From Ginglymostoma cirratum (lineage: Eukaryota), in the NCBI GenBank assembly GCA_024137785.1, contig JAHRHZ010000282.1, forward strand, positions 1-64,000: a DNA stretch of 64,000 nucleotides. Reading direction: 5' to 3'. Made by a program: the position numbers and the translations under genes. The notes under the pieces were generated by a model, which was not told the origin of the DNA, made no database searches, and saw only the letters and a program-made list of their open reading frames with translations. Shown here in pieces: positions 1 through 13,699 of this stretch. Numbering within the stretch: position 1 is the first letter of the stretch; the number at the start of each line of letters is the position of its first letter.

Positions 1-2260
1 CTGTATCCATCCAGCCAGCTCATCACGATACCATGTGCCTTCACCTTTTGTACCAGTACTTTATGAGGGACCGTGTGAAAAGCTTTACTGAATTCCATGC
101 AGACAATATCAAACACTTTTCCCTCATCAACCGTCTTCGTCACCTCCTCAGAAAAGTAGATACACTTACTGAGGCATAGCTTCCCTGCACAAAACTATGC
201 TGTATATCACTAATAAGTCCATTTGCTTCTCCTTGCGTATGGACTTTGCCTGTAATTTCCTGGATTATCTTTGCTACCCTTCTTGAACAATGAGACAACA
301 TTGGCTATTCTCCAGTCCTCAGGGATCTCACTTGTGGCCGAAGAGGATACAAAGTTTTCTGTCAATGCTCCAGAAATTTATTCATTTTCCATCCTCAATA
401 ATCTGGACTAGATTCCCTCCGGACCGGGGTACTTACCCAGAGTAATACTTTTTCAGAGACACACCACCCTTTCCTTCCTAATAACAACTTGATTATGAAT
501 CTCGACCCTACCTTCCCTGGATCATCCTCCACCAATTCTTTCTCTTTGGTGAATACTGACACAGAATAGTAGTTTAGAACGTCATCACTTGTTCTGGTTT
601 GCTCCTTGGTCCTCGAGTGAGCCAACCCTTTCCATGGCTACCCTCTTGCTTTTTAAATATGTATAACAAGCCTTGGAATTCTCCTGAATACTGTTCACTA
701 AGCACTCTTTATGACAACTTCTCGCCTCTTTAATTCCTTGTTTAAGTTCTTTCCGATTTACTTGATATACTTCAAGGCATTGTCAGTTCACAACCTCCTG
801 GCCTTATTTATGTTTCCTTTTAAGTTTGGGCCATGGTCATTACAGCCCTGGTCATCCAAGGTTCACATGAATTGTCATCCCTCGCCTTCATTTTTGCAGG
901 AATGTTCCGCTCCTGAACTCTTATCGACTGCCAACATGAAATACGCCCAAATGTCCCAAGTGGATTTACCCTCAAACAACCGCTTCTAATCTGAATTCTC
1001 CAGCTCTTGCCTAATATTGTTGTAATTCACTTTCCCCCAATTGAACACCTTCACCCGAGGACTGCTGCTAACGCTATCAAAAAACTTTTGTCAAGAAACT
1101 TTGCTGAATGGTCCTGACAAATTCTTCCCAATCGAACCCCCTCGTACAGAGTGAATCCCAGTCAAGAGGGAATGTTAAAATCAACCACGAGAACAACCCT
1201 GTGGTTTTGACATCTTTCAAAATCTATCTACATATCTCTCCTCTGTCTCCCGCTGGTGTTGGGCGGACCAGCATTGTGATTTCACCTTTCGCATTCTTGA
1301 GTTCTAACCATATTGCTTCGCTGCATGAGTCCTCTGATGCATCCTCCCTCAGTACAGCTGTGAAATAATCCTTCATCAGTCATTCTACTCCAAAACCCCT
1401 TTTAATTCTCTTTCTATCACACCTAAAACATGTAAGTCCTGGGACATTCAGTTGCCAATCCTGTCCCTCTTTCAGCCAATTCTCCGTAATCACAATCATG
1501 TCAAGGTTCCAAGTACTAGCCAAATTTCCACGTTCAGACACATTTCCTGTGACACTTGCAATGAAACAGATGTGTTCCAACCCACCTGCCCTGCTCTTTT
1601 CAGCAGCGTTTCCCTGCCTTTCGTATTCTTAATCATGTCTGCCTTGGCTTCTACTTCTCTCTCGAGCCCGAATCCAGCCCTAATCCGCTGGATCCCATTC
1701 CCCTGCGACGCTACTTCGTACGTACAGGTCCATTCCCTCCTCCCCCGGACATCAGTCCTAGTCCTGCCGAGGTGTAGCCCATCCAGTTTGGACACGTCTC
1801 ACCTTCTCCAGAACAGGTCCCATTACCCAACGAATCTTAAACCTTCCCACTCACAGCATCTTTTCAACCACATGGTCATCCTATATATCCTGCTGGTTTT
1901 ACTCTGACGAGCTCGTGGCACATTTAGTAATCCTGAGATATCTCCCTTTGAGGCATTACATTTCAACTTACCTCTTAGTTCTCTATATTTTAATTTTAGA
2001 CATTGGGTTCCTTTCATTTTTAAACTTTGTCATTATATTAGCATCAACGTGTCTGACGATCACTGGCTGTTCGCCCTCTCCCTACAAAATGTGATGGAAC
2101 TACTGCAAGACTTCCAGGACCCTAGCAACAGGGAAGCGACACACAATCCTGGACTCTCTTTTGCGGCCACAGAAACGCCTATGTATTCCCCTTACGGTTG
2201 AATCCCTTATAACTTTAGCATCTCTATGACTATATCTTCCTCCCTCTGCAGCAGAGCCAA
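1..2260 (-). mobile_element. Degenerate CR1-type LINE (RT, APE endonuclease and esterase-like ORF1 remnants)
   Basis: Minus-strand fragments: MEFSKAFHTV (RT), ITENWLKEGQDWQLNVPG..FRCDR (APE), YRELRGKLK..ISGLLNVPRA (ORF1). Many stops and frameshifts. Paralogous to about 54200-56480. Confidence 0.8.
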
Positions 2261-2472
2261 ATGTGGTGCCATGAATTTTGCTGCCTCAGAATCGTTTCCT
2301 CTCATCTCTGCCTTAAACGATGGCTCGCTATTTTAAATGCATGGCCCTTAGTTTTACCTCCACTCCACTGAAATCCAGAAAGTAGCCCAAGAAAAAATTC
2401 CCGAGACCAACCCTTGGAGGAAAAATGAAGGTCTTCTCAGAAATCATTCGCTTGTGCTGCAGTGTCGACCCT

Positions 2473-2488
2473 CCAGCAGGTGGTGGCA
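2473..2488 (+). promoter_or_regulatory. CTCF-like motif
   Basis: CCAGCAGGTGGTGGCA, identical in the paralog at 56778-56793; resembles the CTCF core CCASYAGRKGGC. Confidence 0.4.
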
Positions 2489-2768
2489 TGACATAATTTT
2501 AATCAGAAGAGAGCAACAGGGACAGACGCTTTGGCACTGATTCATTCAACCTCCACCCACATTTCCCCCACCGTGAGCAGAAATGAATCCACAGCCAGAA
2601 ATGCACAATAACAGACACATATAGGAAAGAAAACCATCCACAAATTTATGCAGAGAAACGGAAATGCGCAGACAGACCGACAGACCAAGACACACATTTC
2701 CAAAACACAAAGTCGATGCAAACGCAGACAGAAACTCAAAGACACGCACACACAAACACACAGACACA

Positions 2769-2769
<1 letters not shown>

Positions 2770-2808
<39 letters not shown>
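2770..2808. repeat. (CA)n microsatellite
   Basis: Uninterrupted CA run. Confidence 0.95.
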
Positions 2809-2809
<1 letters not shown>

Positions 2810-2929
2810 GCACAAATATCAAGCTTAGCAAGTATATAAGTGCAAATAGATCAGATCAGGATGTCTGATTGGCACGTATGGGTTGGATCGAAGGATCTGT
2901 TTCCACACTGTATGTTTCTATGAGGTAGT

Positions 2930-3410
2930 CGTTCGGAAGGCAAATGAAATGTTATCATTCATTTTGAGAGGGCTAGAATGCAAGAACAAGGACGTATTCC
3001 TGAGCCTGTATAAGTTTCCGCTAAGATCGTTTTTGGAATGTTGTGAACATTTTTGAGCCGCAGGGGGTTCAGAGGAGGCTTACAAAAATGATACCGGGGA
3101 AGAAGGCCTTGTCATATGAGACGTGATTGAGAACTCTGTATCTGTATTCAAAGAAGTTTAGAAGGAAGAGAGGAGATCTGATTGAAGGCTACAGAAGGAC
3201 TGAGAGTCGTGAATATTGCAGTTTCAGAGAAGATGTTTCCACTGCTCGGAGATACTGTGATCAGACGACACAGCGTCAATGTGAAGGGACAACTCTTTCG
3301 AACTGAGGTGAGGAGGAATTTCTTCAACCTGAGTTTTGAATATGTGGATAGCAGGACTGCTGAAGACTGGGGAGGCCAAATTATTGAGTGTATTTAAAAC
3401 AGAGGTAGAC
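2930..3410 (+). mobile_element. CR1 3' fragment
   Basis: Degenerate CR1 ORF2 C-terminus (FRTEVRRNFF); paralog at about 57200-57800. Confidence 0.65.
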
Positions 3411-3411
3411 A

Positions 3412-4870
3412 TTTCTCCGCATCAAGGCCCACAGGATGCAAAAACTCAAAAATGTCCATGGCCCTCCGGAATATTTGCTTTGACTCTATCTCCAGCCCCA
3501 ACCCCCACCCTCCTGTCGGGTAGTCACCATCCATCCTAACCTTCCGCTCTCTGATGCTGAACACTCCGTCCTCAGCAAAGGACTCAGTTTTATACCTCTG
3601 CTTCCCCACCTTAACGAATTTCGCGTTCCTCGACATTTCTGTTTCCATTTCTGAAGATAGACTAGCCACTGATGTCCATTATAAACCCAATGACTCCCAC
3701 AGCTACTTGAACTGTGCATCCTCACACCCCACTTCCTGTAAACGCTCCATCCCATTCTCTCAGTTCCTCCATCTCCGTCGCATATGTTCAGATGAGGCCA
3801 ACTTTGACAAGGGAGCCTCCGAAATGTCCACCTTCTTCCTCAACCGAGGATTCCCCAACTCTGCTGTCGACAGGGCCTTCAACCATGTCCGACCCATCTC
3901 CCGCATTTCCGCCTTCACCCCTTCTCTTCCCTCCCACAACAGCGATAGGGTTCCACTTATCCTTACCTACAATCCCTTCAGCATCCACATCCAGAATATT
4001 ATCAGATGCCATTTCTGCCACCTCCAGCAAGATGCCATCGCCAGACACATAATCCCGCCTTCTGCAGGGAACATTCCCTCCGGGACACTGGTCAACACTT
4101 CCTTCATCTCCGACACCTACCCACAGCCCTCCAGCACCTTCCCTTGTAACTGACGAAGGTGCAACACCTGCTCATTTACCTCCCCAGTATCCAAGTGCCC
4201 AAACATACCATGAAGAAACACTTCACCTGCACTTCCCAGAATCTAGTCTACTGCATTCTCTGCTCACAATGTGGTCTCTTCTACATTGGGGAAACAAAGC
4301 TTAGACTTGGCGACTACTTAGCAGAACATCTACGTTCTGCTGGCAAAAAAGACCATGAACAACCTGTCGCCTGCCACTACAATGCACCAATCTGCTCTCT
4401 GGCCAACATCTCTGTCTCTGGCTTGCAGCATTGTTCCAGTGAATCCCAACACAAGCTGGAGGCAGAACATCTCATTTTCCGCTTGGGGACCCTACAGCCC
4501 TCCGGACTCAATATTGAGTTCAATGATTCCAGGGCATAAACTCTCCCATGTACCAGCCCCGCACCCCACAGAATCGACCTTGTTACCATTTCGCCTGCCA
4601 TTGCACACCCCCTGTTGTAAGTCACTAAGAACTATTCACCCTCCCAGCCTGATCGCTGCCAACTACTTTGCCTGTCCATCTGTTTTTCTCTTTGGTCTTG
4701 ATCCAATCGTTTACTCCCTACCCTACCCACCTCCATATTTTCTGCATGACAACTGACGTTTTCCCAGCCACCATCAGTTCTGAGGAAGGTTCACCGGACC
4801 TGAAACTTTAACTCTGTTTTCTTTTTCACAGATGCCGCCAGACTGGCTGAGCTTTTCCAGCAACTTTGTT
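3412..4870 (+). mobile_element. Penelope-like retroelement fragment (RT C-terminus plus GIY-YIG endonuclease)
   Basis: ORF 3554-4153 FLDISVSISEDRLATDVHYKPNDSHSYL..SSHP; ORF 4159-4539 NLVYCILCSQCGLFYIGETK..AEH..GLNIEF. Absent from duplication copy B. Confidence 0.85.
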
Positions 4871-5147
4871 TTTGGAAGATTGTTTCTAAGTTAGAAAGGG
4901 AATCAAGTGTTACAGGGAGAATGCAGGAGAATGGTGTCGAGAAATATATTCGTAATCGTCAAATGGACTGACTCTGCTCCTCTTTCCCTACTCCCATTCA
5001 GTTTCCATACTATCCATACCTCCATTTCTACTCCAAACCTGTCAGATTCCACTTCCTTACAATTGCCAGTGTAAAGAATGCACTGTAACCACTCGTAGAA
5101 GGAGATTCCCCCCCCTCTCTCTCTGTTTTGCTGATTATGTGTGTGTT

Positions 5148-5180
<33 letters not shown>

Positions 5181-5559
5181 TTGAGAGAGTTAAATAGAGA
5201 TAGTGTGAGAGAGAGAAAGGCAGAGAAAGAGTGTGATTTCAGACAGATCCCAGCTGGATGTATTACTGTCATGAGCTATCAATATTGCTCTTCATTATGG
5301 AAATGTTGTATATGAGAGATCTAAATATTCACGTTTTTATTTCAAAAACAGATTCATTAAAATCTCTGTATATATACATTGTCAGAAGAGCAGTTCAGTT
5401 CAGAACAGTTATATCCCAAGTAAATAAACAAAATATTGGACTTTGACTCGATCCAACAATTCAAAGACCCCTCTTACTCATAAAATACTAATATTTACGT
5501 CTTTTTGACGCATTAAGAGTGTCTGAGAACTGAACGGACCCCGCATTTATCCTCACGAG

Positions 5560-8500
5560 GAATACCTCAATCAGTGTTCTTTCTCCAGTGTACCTTGGCA
5601 GCTGCTGCCCCAAGCTTTAGTGTGTTCCTCAGCACGTAGTCCTGGACCTTGCAATGTGCCAGTCTGCAACACTTGATCAGGATCAACTCCTTGCTCTGGA
5701 AGACCAACAATTTTCAGGAAGACTCTGGAGAGTCTTTCACCGATTTGATATCCTCCAGGTACGGTTGAAGTTTTCCTTGGAGAGCGTCTGAGAGAAGAGA
5801 CGGTAGAATACAGAATCCTTCGTCATGGAGCAGCTCAGGCCAAACTTCGACAAAAACGACTGCATCTTCCTCCAGCCTTCCTTTGCAAAGGCACATTCCA
5901 GAAGGAGATCTGAGAGAGTCTGAAACGCCCCACATCCACTTGAAGGGCAGCATGCGGTGGAGCGGACCGAATGGGCATATGTCAAAGATTTCACAGGTGG
6001 TGCCCTCCTCACCCCCAGCCAAGCGATGTTCTGTGATGAGGCACTCTGCCAAATGATTTTGACAGCCTGCGAACCACATAATAGGAACCATCCTCTCCTT
6101 TTCCTTCAGAGTCTCGAGGACGCTCCGTGCTGACGACTTCCTGATGGATGCGTGGTCAAAGGTGTTTTTGTTTGCACATTTCTCTCTGAAGAGAGGTGGT
6201 ACGGAGAAGTCCAACTACTTGGAGCCTTCTGCGGCAGCGAGGCCCAGTGCCATCCTTTGTGACAGTGGGGATAGGTAGAACCTCAGTACGTAGTGACACT
6301 TGTTGTTTGGATACCGAGGGTTTTGGAGCAGATATGTAGGTCGACTCACTACCTCTTCCAAGTCTTCAAGGATCATGTATGTCCAAAGAACTGGGTCAGG
6401 TGATGCTTACAGGAACAGCATCAGAAAGATTCTACACGCCCCGACACCCTCATCACACGACCGTACATCAGGAACAAGTCAGAACTCACCACAAGACTCC
6501 TAAGACTGCTGGGCATCAGAGTGGCACACAAGCCCTCATCAACCCTACGACAAGTGCTCACCCGAACTAAAGACCCATTCCCCACCATGGACAGGACCAA
6601 TGTCGTCTACAAGATCCCCTGCGGAGACTGTGAGAAACACTACATCGGACAAACAGGAAGGAAACTAACAACAAAAGTACATGACCACCAACTGGCTACA
6701 AAAAGACACGACCAATACTCACTCATCTCAATCCACATGGACAAGGGGAACTACCACCTCTACTGGGACAACACCAAGATCCTGAGACAGGCTCGGCAGA
6801 GACAAGTACGAGAATTCCTGTAAGCATGGCACTCCACGAAGCATGCTATGAATAAACACATTGAACTCGACCTCACATACATTCCACTACGTGGAAACGA
6901 GGAAGTGAGGCCATCCATCGCAACGGACCCCAGAGTTTAAAAACCAGGCGGGAAAACACACCGATGCTTCATCAGAGGTTGCACTGAAGATGGCAGCAAG
7001 CACGGTAATGAAAAGTCTGCGGAACAACAAACCAGCTCGGCAAGCCAACTGACCTCAAAACCAAGGGTCTATGTACAGCTTGATGCATTCATAGGTCACC
7101 AAATTGATGAGGGAGACATTGAGTACGTTCTTCACTCGCTTACTCAGAGTTTTGTACAGAGTTTCTGCAGATATGGTTAGGCTTCCAGATGAATTGGAAA
7201 ATGGCTGGCGTGACTGAAATAGTACAGTTTTGGGAATGGGCCAGATCTGCGCCATGTCCAACAACAGAGAGATTACCTTCCACCTGATGACGATGTTTTT
7301 TCCGACAATGGAGAGGGAACAGTGCGCCCACGAGATCAGTTTGTGCTTCACTTTAGCGATGTGCTCCAGCCAAGATTTTGCACATGCCCCAGTCCCTCCG
7401 GACCATATTCCTAGCACCTTTAGTTTAATCTGTCCTAATGGCGAAGAGAATGTAGGATCAGTCAGCCCAGCTTGTATCTCGATTTACCTTGGCTCCCGAG
7501 ACCAGTTCAAACTGTCTACAGATGCACATGATTCTGTGCACTGACAGCGGATCTTAGCAGAACACAGTGACGTCATTGACGTACAGGGAGGCTTTGACCT
7601 GCAGGCCTCTGCTGCCTTGAATTTGCGCCCGGCGCAGGCTCGCCTTCACCTTGATGGACTCAGCAAACTGCTCTATCAACACGCAAACAAAGCAGGAGAG
7701 GTTGGGCAGCCGTGCCTGACTCCAGATCCAGTTGGGATGCTTTTTGTTTCCCATCCATTGATTGCGACTGCACTAACAACTTTGGTGTAGAACAGTCGGA
7801 TCCAGTTCCAGATTCCTTCCCCAAAGCCATTTTGGAGATCCAGTCCTACATGTACGTGTCTGATTTCACGTCAAAGACCTTCTGGTCCAGACTGATAAGA
7901 CAGGCATCCATTTCCACGTCCTGCATGTAAGCAGTCATAAACAGGATTTTGTTTTCTACATTCAGCAATAGCATTGTCTATCAGCTTCTAATTTCCTTGC
8001 TCAGAGATAGTAAGAACTGCTGATGCTGGAGTCAGAGACAACACAGGGTGGAGCTGGAGGAACACAGCAGTCCAGGCAGCAACAAAGGAGCAGGTCCGTT
8101 GAGTTTTCGTGTAGGAATCAGAAGGGTCCCGAACCGAAACGTTAGCTTTCCTTCTCCTCTGATGCCTCCTGGCCTGCTGAGTCCATCCTGCTCCACACTG
8201 TGTTATCTCTTCTTTCCTTGCTCTCCCCCTTTCTCTTATCGACGAGTGTGATGATATCTTTTCTCATGAATTCATACATGATACCTGCCAAAATCAGACT
8301 GTTGTTCACCCCTAGCAAGTTATCGCGAATATAACTCGGCTGGCAAGCCAACACTTCCGGGAGGTTTATTCTTTTTGAAGGACTGGAGGGCCTTGGTCAG
8401 CTCTTCCAGAGACAGTGGCTGATCCAGTCTCTCCTTCATACTGCCGACTAAGACCTCCGTGACAGATGACAGGAATGACTGGGAAGCTGCGCGTTTTAAA

Positions 8501-9790
8501 TTTTTCATAGTTTATAGAATTACACAGTGGCCATTCCCCCATGGTACCTGCCAGAAGCACAGCTCCAGTCGGTCCTGGCCAATCACTGGGGGCATCCCTG
8601 CATCTTTGTGGTGTTGGACACTCACCGCACTGAGGTACCTCTTCTTCTATCTTCCTGGAGGAGGTGGGGCGTTTTGGTGGTGTTCCCCTGATCCTGTGAC
8701 GTCGGGGGAGAAAGTAAACGCAACCAGCAGTGTCCAGTTGTGAGTCTGCCAGAGGGACTGTCAGAGAGTCGCTGCACTCACTTGTCTGATGCTCTGTGTT
8801 GTGCGTACCCTGTGGATCCTGATAGCTGGATGGTGCACTTCACAGGGCCTCTTGGGAAGTACGGCTTTTCCGCGTTGGGGGTTCCTCTACTTCACTCCCG
8901 TGGTGCTCTGTTTCGTTTTTTTTTTGTCGATGGCCAGCCCTCTGCATGTCTTCATCGTTGGACGAGCAGCTGGTGTAGCCAACGTAGATTTTCCTCATTC
9001 CGTTTTGATGTGGGGCTTTGGGGGCCTAACATGGGTTTCTTTTCCAATTGTTTCCTGCCCGTAACCAATCCCCCACGTCCTTCGTTTCCTCCTTCTGCAC
9101 TGACCCTGTCCATTCACGTGGAGGTGGGTCGGTTGTCGTTCCTCGACGTTGACTACCTTTTCCTCCTCTCCAGCCTACCCCTCCTTGTGGGTGTCCCTCA
9201 TTTCAGTTTTGTTGCTGGGGAGGTGGCACCTTACCGTCCTTTGGGGGTTCACGGCTCATGTTGCTATTTCCAGCAATCTGGACATATGTGGCGCACCCTC
9301 ACACTCCCCTAACCCCCTCGTGTTGGGTCGGCCTTGTATCGTTGGCCTGCTTCCCCACACCTGTCGCAGGTCTTGGACTCCTTGCAGTCGTGAGTCAGGT
9401 GGCCCTACTGTTTGAAGTTCCTGCAGCGGGTCACTTTGCAGTCCGCTGACCCGTGTCCGGCCCACCAGCAGGTTCGGCACACTCTTCTCGGCGGTCCCAT
9501 GTATGCCAGAGAGCCCCAGCTCACTCTGTTCGCAAAACTGGAGGGGGGATGTTGCCTGTTTCCCACTGGCATACACCTTGAGGATCAATTTGACCTGCCG
9601 CTTGCTGGTCCAGATTCCAAAGTCTCCACTCCGTCGGTGCTGCCACCTTCTAGCTGCAGGTATCTTTCCAGGAAGGTCACAACATCTGCTGCCGGGCCGT
9701 GGGAGTGAATTGTCACAACTCGTCTCCTCCGTGCAGGGAAAATAAAGAATGCGATCACAGACAGAATTGAGAGGGTACCTTCACTTCCTT
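5560..9790 (-). mobile_element. Degenerate Tx1/L1-clade non-LTR retrotransposon, interrupted by Penelope and SINE insertions
   Basis: Minus strand KPPGSVGLPAELY (KSPG.DG.P.EFY motif), SLYVNDVTVF (YADD region), C-terminal CPSSGCG..LLLECAFAK. ORF1-like remnant at about 8500-9790. Confidence 0.7.
6315..7058 (+). mobile_element. Penelope-like 3' fragment (GIY-YIG) nested in the Tx1-like element
   Basis: ORF 6521-6823 NVVYKIPCGDCEKHYIGQTGRKL. Confidence 0.8.
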
Positions 9791-9899
9791 TCTCGTTGAA
9801 CACCTTCAGGAATGCTCACAATACTTCACACTCCTGAATGCCACGTCGAAGTCCTCCCACTGGGTAGATCCTTCAGACATAAAATATCTGTTGATAGGA

Positions 9900-12480
9900 A
9901 CATAGAATCTCGAAGGTAGACACAGAACAGCACAGCGCATTACAGGTACTTTGGTCCATGATGTTGTGCCAAACTTTTTACCCGAATCCTAAGGTCTATC
10001 TCACCTCCACCCCTACCTCATACGGTCATCCGCATGCCTATCTAATAGACACTGAAATGTCCCTAATGAGGCCGACTCCACTACCCTCTCTGGCAAGGCA
10101 TTCCAGCCCCTACTAATCTGTGTGTAAATAGGGTACCTCTGACGTCTCCCCTGTATCTAACGCCAGTCACTTTAAAACTATGCCCAATCGTAATAGCTCG
10201 CTCCACCCTCGGAAAATGTCTCTGGCTGTCCACTCTATCAATACCTCCGATCATTTTGCACACCACTATGAAGTCACCTCTCATCCTTCGTCGTTCCAAA
10301 GATAAAAGCCCCAGCTCTCTCAACCTTTCCTCGTAAGACCTTCCCTGCATTCCAGGCAACATCCTGATAAATGTCCTCTGCACCTTTTCCAACGCTTCCA
10401 CATCTTTCCTGTAATGAGGCGACCAGACTGGACACAATACTCCAGGTATGGCCGAATCAGGGTTTTGTATAGTTGGAGCATAACTTCACAGCTCTTGAAC
10501 TGAATCCCTCTATGAATGAAAGCTAACACACCACACGCCTTCTTAATAACTCTATCCACCTGGGTTGCAGCTTCCAGTGAACTGTGGACGTGAACCCCAA
10601 GATCCCTCTGCTCCTCCACACTGGCAAGAATCTTCCCGTTCATCCTTTAATCTGCTTTCAACTTTGTCCTTCCAAAATGAATCACCTCATACTTTTCAGG
10701 TTAAAATTCCATCTGCCACTTCTCAGCCCAGCTCTGCAAACCATCAATGTCCCTTTGTAACCTAGAACAGCCCTCTGCACCATTCACAACTCCACCCACC
10801 TTCGTATCGTCCGCGAACTTACTCATCCACCCTTCCACTCCTTCACACAAATCATTTGCAAAAATCACAAATAGAAGAGGACCCAGAACAGATCCTTGTG
10901 GTCCACCACTTGTAACTGAGCACCATGTTGAATATCAGAGATAACAAGGTGTAGAGCTGGATGAACACAGCAGGCCAAGCAGAATTAGAGGAGCAGGAAA
11001 GCTGACGTTTCGTGCCTTGACCCTTCTTTCGAAATGGGGGAGGGTACTGAGGTTCTGAAATAAATGGGGAGAGCGGGTAGGCAGACAAAAGTTGAATAGA
11101 GGCGAAGATAGGTGGAGAGGAGACAGACGGGTCAAAGAGGCGGCGAGGGAGCCAGTAAAGTTGAGTGTAGGTGGTGAGTTTGTAAGGGGATAGGTCAGTC
11201 CAGGGAGGACGGACAGGTGAAGGGGGCGGGATGACGCTAGTAGGTAGGAGATGGGACTGGCGTTTGAGGTGGGTGGAGGGGATAGGTTGGAGGAAGGACA
11301 GGCTTGGGAGGCGGGGACAAGCTGGGCTGGTTTTGGGGGATGCGGTAGCGGGAGGGGAGATTTTGAAGCTTGTGAAGTCCACATTGACACCATTGGGCTG
11401 CAGAGTTCCCAAGCAAAATATGAGCTACTGCTCTTGCAACCTTCGGGTGGAATCGTTTTGCAACTGCAGGAGGCTGAGGATGGACATTTCTTCTTAGGAA
11501 TGAGAGGGGGAGTTGAAATGGTTCGCGACTTTGAATTGCAGTTTTTTAGTGTGATCCGAGCGTAGGTGTTCTGCAAAGCGGTCCCTCATCCTCCTCTTGG
11601 TTTCACGATGTAGAGAAGGCCACAACGGGAACAGTGCATACAGTTTACCACATTAGCAGATGTGCAGGTGGACATCTGCTTGATGCGGAATGTCTTCTTG
11701 GGGCCTGGGATGGGGCTGGTGGGGGGCTAGGTGTACGGACAGGTGGAGCACTTCTTGTGGTTGGAGGGAAAAGTGCCAGGTGTGGTAGGGCTGGAGGGGA
11801 GTGTGGAACGGACAAAGTAGTCACAGAGAGAGTGGTCTCTCTGTGAAGCAGATAAGGGTGGGAAGTCAAAAATGTCTTTGGTGGTGGGGTCGGATTGCAG
11901 ACGGCGGAAGTGTCGGAGTATGATGTGTTGGATCCGGAGGTTGGTGGGGTGGTACTTGAGGACGAGGGAGATTATGTTTTGTTTGTTATTGCAGGGAGGG
12001 GGTGTGAGGGATGAGTTGCGGGAAATGCGAGATACACGGTCGAGGGCGTTCTCGACCACTGAAGCAGAGAAGTTGTGATCCTTTACAAACGAGGACATCT
12101 GAGATGGTCGGGAATGGAATGCCTCATCCTGGGAGCAAATGTGGTGGAGGCGAATGAATTGGGAATAGGGGATAGCATTTCTGCAGAAAGTTTTCCTTCC
12201 ACCAGCACCCTTTGTCTTCTAAGTGTCAGCCAATTCTGAATCCAATTTGCCACATTTCCCCCTATCCCATGCCTCCGTACCTTCTCCATGAGCCTACCAT
12301 GGGGAACCTAACAAAACGACTAACTTAAATCCATGTATACCACATCCACTGCTCTACCTTCATCCATGTGTTTGGTCACCTCTTCAAAGAATTCTATAAG
12401 GTTTGTGAGGCGTGAGCTGCTTCTCAAAAATCCATGCTGACTATTATGGAAAAAACCGTGCCTTTCCAAGTGATCATAAA
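9900..12480 (-). mobile_element. CR1 LINE 3' portion split by a Penelope insertion
   Basis: EEQRDLGVHVH..LQLYKTLIRPYLEYCVQ and WSPHYRKDVEALEKVQR; resumes at about 12190 with VRRHGIGGNVANWIQNWL. Confidence 0.85.
10935..12185 (-). mobile_element. Penelope-like element nested in CR1
   Basis: LVLKYHPTNLRIQHIILRHFRRLQSDPTTKDIF and GTLQPNGVNVDF, plus the GAGATAACAAGGTGTAGAGCTGGATGAACACAGC terminus seen in other copies in this window. Confidence 0.85.
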
Positions 12481-13052
12481 TCCACAACAATCAAGGTGGA
12501 CTCTCTTCACGAAGAAGGTTAACCAGTGATCCTTCTTCACAATATTCCTGAGTGTGTTGCCAATTACCTGGCTTAGGGTGTGGACAATAGTCGAGGCCAT
12601 AGTTCTGGTTGGCTGGTCGGTCACTGAAGTGTTTTTTTGCCGAAGACAGCGTCAGGCACCAACATTTGCAGCTCAGCTCAATCGACAATCTTTCAGATTC
12701 TCCTCACAATCCAGTGATGAGAAAGCCTCTCCCAGAATGCAAACGAGCAACGTCCCAGCACCATCTGGTAGTATAGAAATAAATATTCACATCGAATCAG
12801 TTTGAGGAAGCAGAGTGTTTCGAACTGGGGGCATTTCTGTCGTTGCACTGAGAATGATCACTGTGGAATAAGCCTTTGATTGCATTGAGGCAAGAAGGTC
12901 CTCTGAACTCGTTGAACGTTTCAATTGAAGTTGAAATGCAGAATATCGCCTGTTCGCCGTGTTATACCAGGTAGCACGACATTTCTGTTTTCGTTGAGCA
13001 GAATCCAGTGAACTTTGTGAGAGAATTTGAACGTTGCAATTACCTGTAGATG

Positions 13053-13068
13053 CCACTAGATGTCAGTG
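13053..13068 (+). promoter_or_regulatory. CTCF-like motif upstream of the single-exon V (copy A)
   Basis: CCACTAGATGTCAGTG, about 260 bp before the ATG; paralog CCACTAGATGGTGGTG at 59226-59241. Confidence 0.55.
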
Positions 13069-13325
13069 CGCATCAGTGATAAAATTGAAGATGGGTGTTG
13101 AAGGAAGAGTAACCTTGCAGACGGTCTGAGCAATTGTCAGCGTGAGAGGCTTGTTACAGAAAGACGCTAAGGCTCCGTTCCTTCTGCAACTTCAACAAGA
13201 AGGCGACTCTGAGTTAGGTGTGAAGCGGGCATTATTTGAGCTACTTAATCTTACAATATTCATTCCTGGCTCCTCAACAGAGCTCCACGGACAATTATTT
13301 TAGCCCCTGTTCCTGCAATCTGATA

Positions 13326-13660
13326 ATGTTCCGAATTTGCAGAGTCCTCCTACTGTTTTCCACTCAGATGTCCACGGGGGTGGTCGGAGAAGGCGAATTG
13401 ATACAACTTCCTCCACGGGTGTTTGTTTGTGAATTGGGAATTGTGTTCATGAGTTGCTCCATTGCCAGTACATTTTACATCGTGTATTGGTACAGGCAGC
13501 TTCCAAATCTGCCACCCCAGCATCTGATGATGGCCAAAAGAGCAGTTGATCAGAGTGAGAGGGTCACCGCTTCAATCAGTGGAGATTACAAAATCAGTAC
13601 CTTGGCTATGAAAGATATCAGACTTCATAACACCGCAACCTCCCTCCATACCAATGAGGG
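13326..13660 (+). pseudogene. Single-exon leader+V TCR V segment, copy A (second conserved Cys lost)
   Basis: MFRICRVLLLFSTQMSTGVVG-EGELIQ..MSC..VYWYRQ..NTATSLH; the paralog at 59508 has DTATYLC here. Confidence 0.8.
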
Positions 13661-13699
13661 CATAGTATCACAAACAGCCGGATAGTCCGTACTGAAACC
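13661..13699 (+). promoter_or_regulatory. Non-canonical 23-RSS
   Basis: CATAGTA - 23 bp - ACTGAAACC. Confidence 0.75.

Noticed and set aside
2542-2839. Cys/Val- or His/Thr-rich ORFs (also 25039, 56804, 57776)
   Set aside because: Translations of CA/GT microsatellites.
8740-9745. Several 80-190 aa plus-strand ORFs
   Set aside because: Antisense to the decayed Tx1-like ORF1; no recognisable domain.
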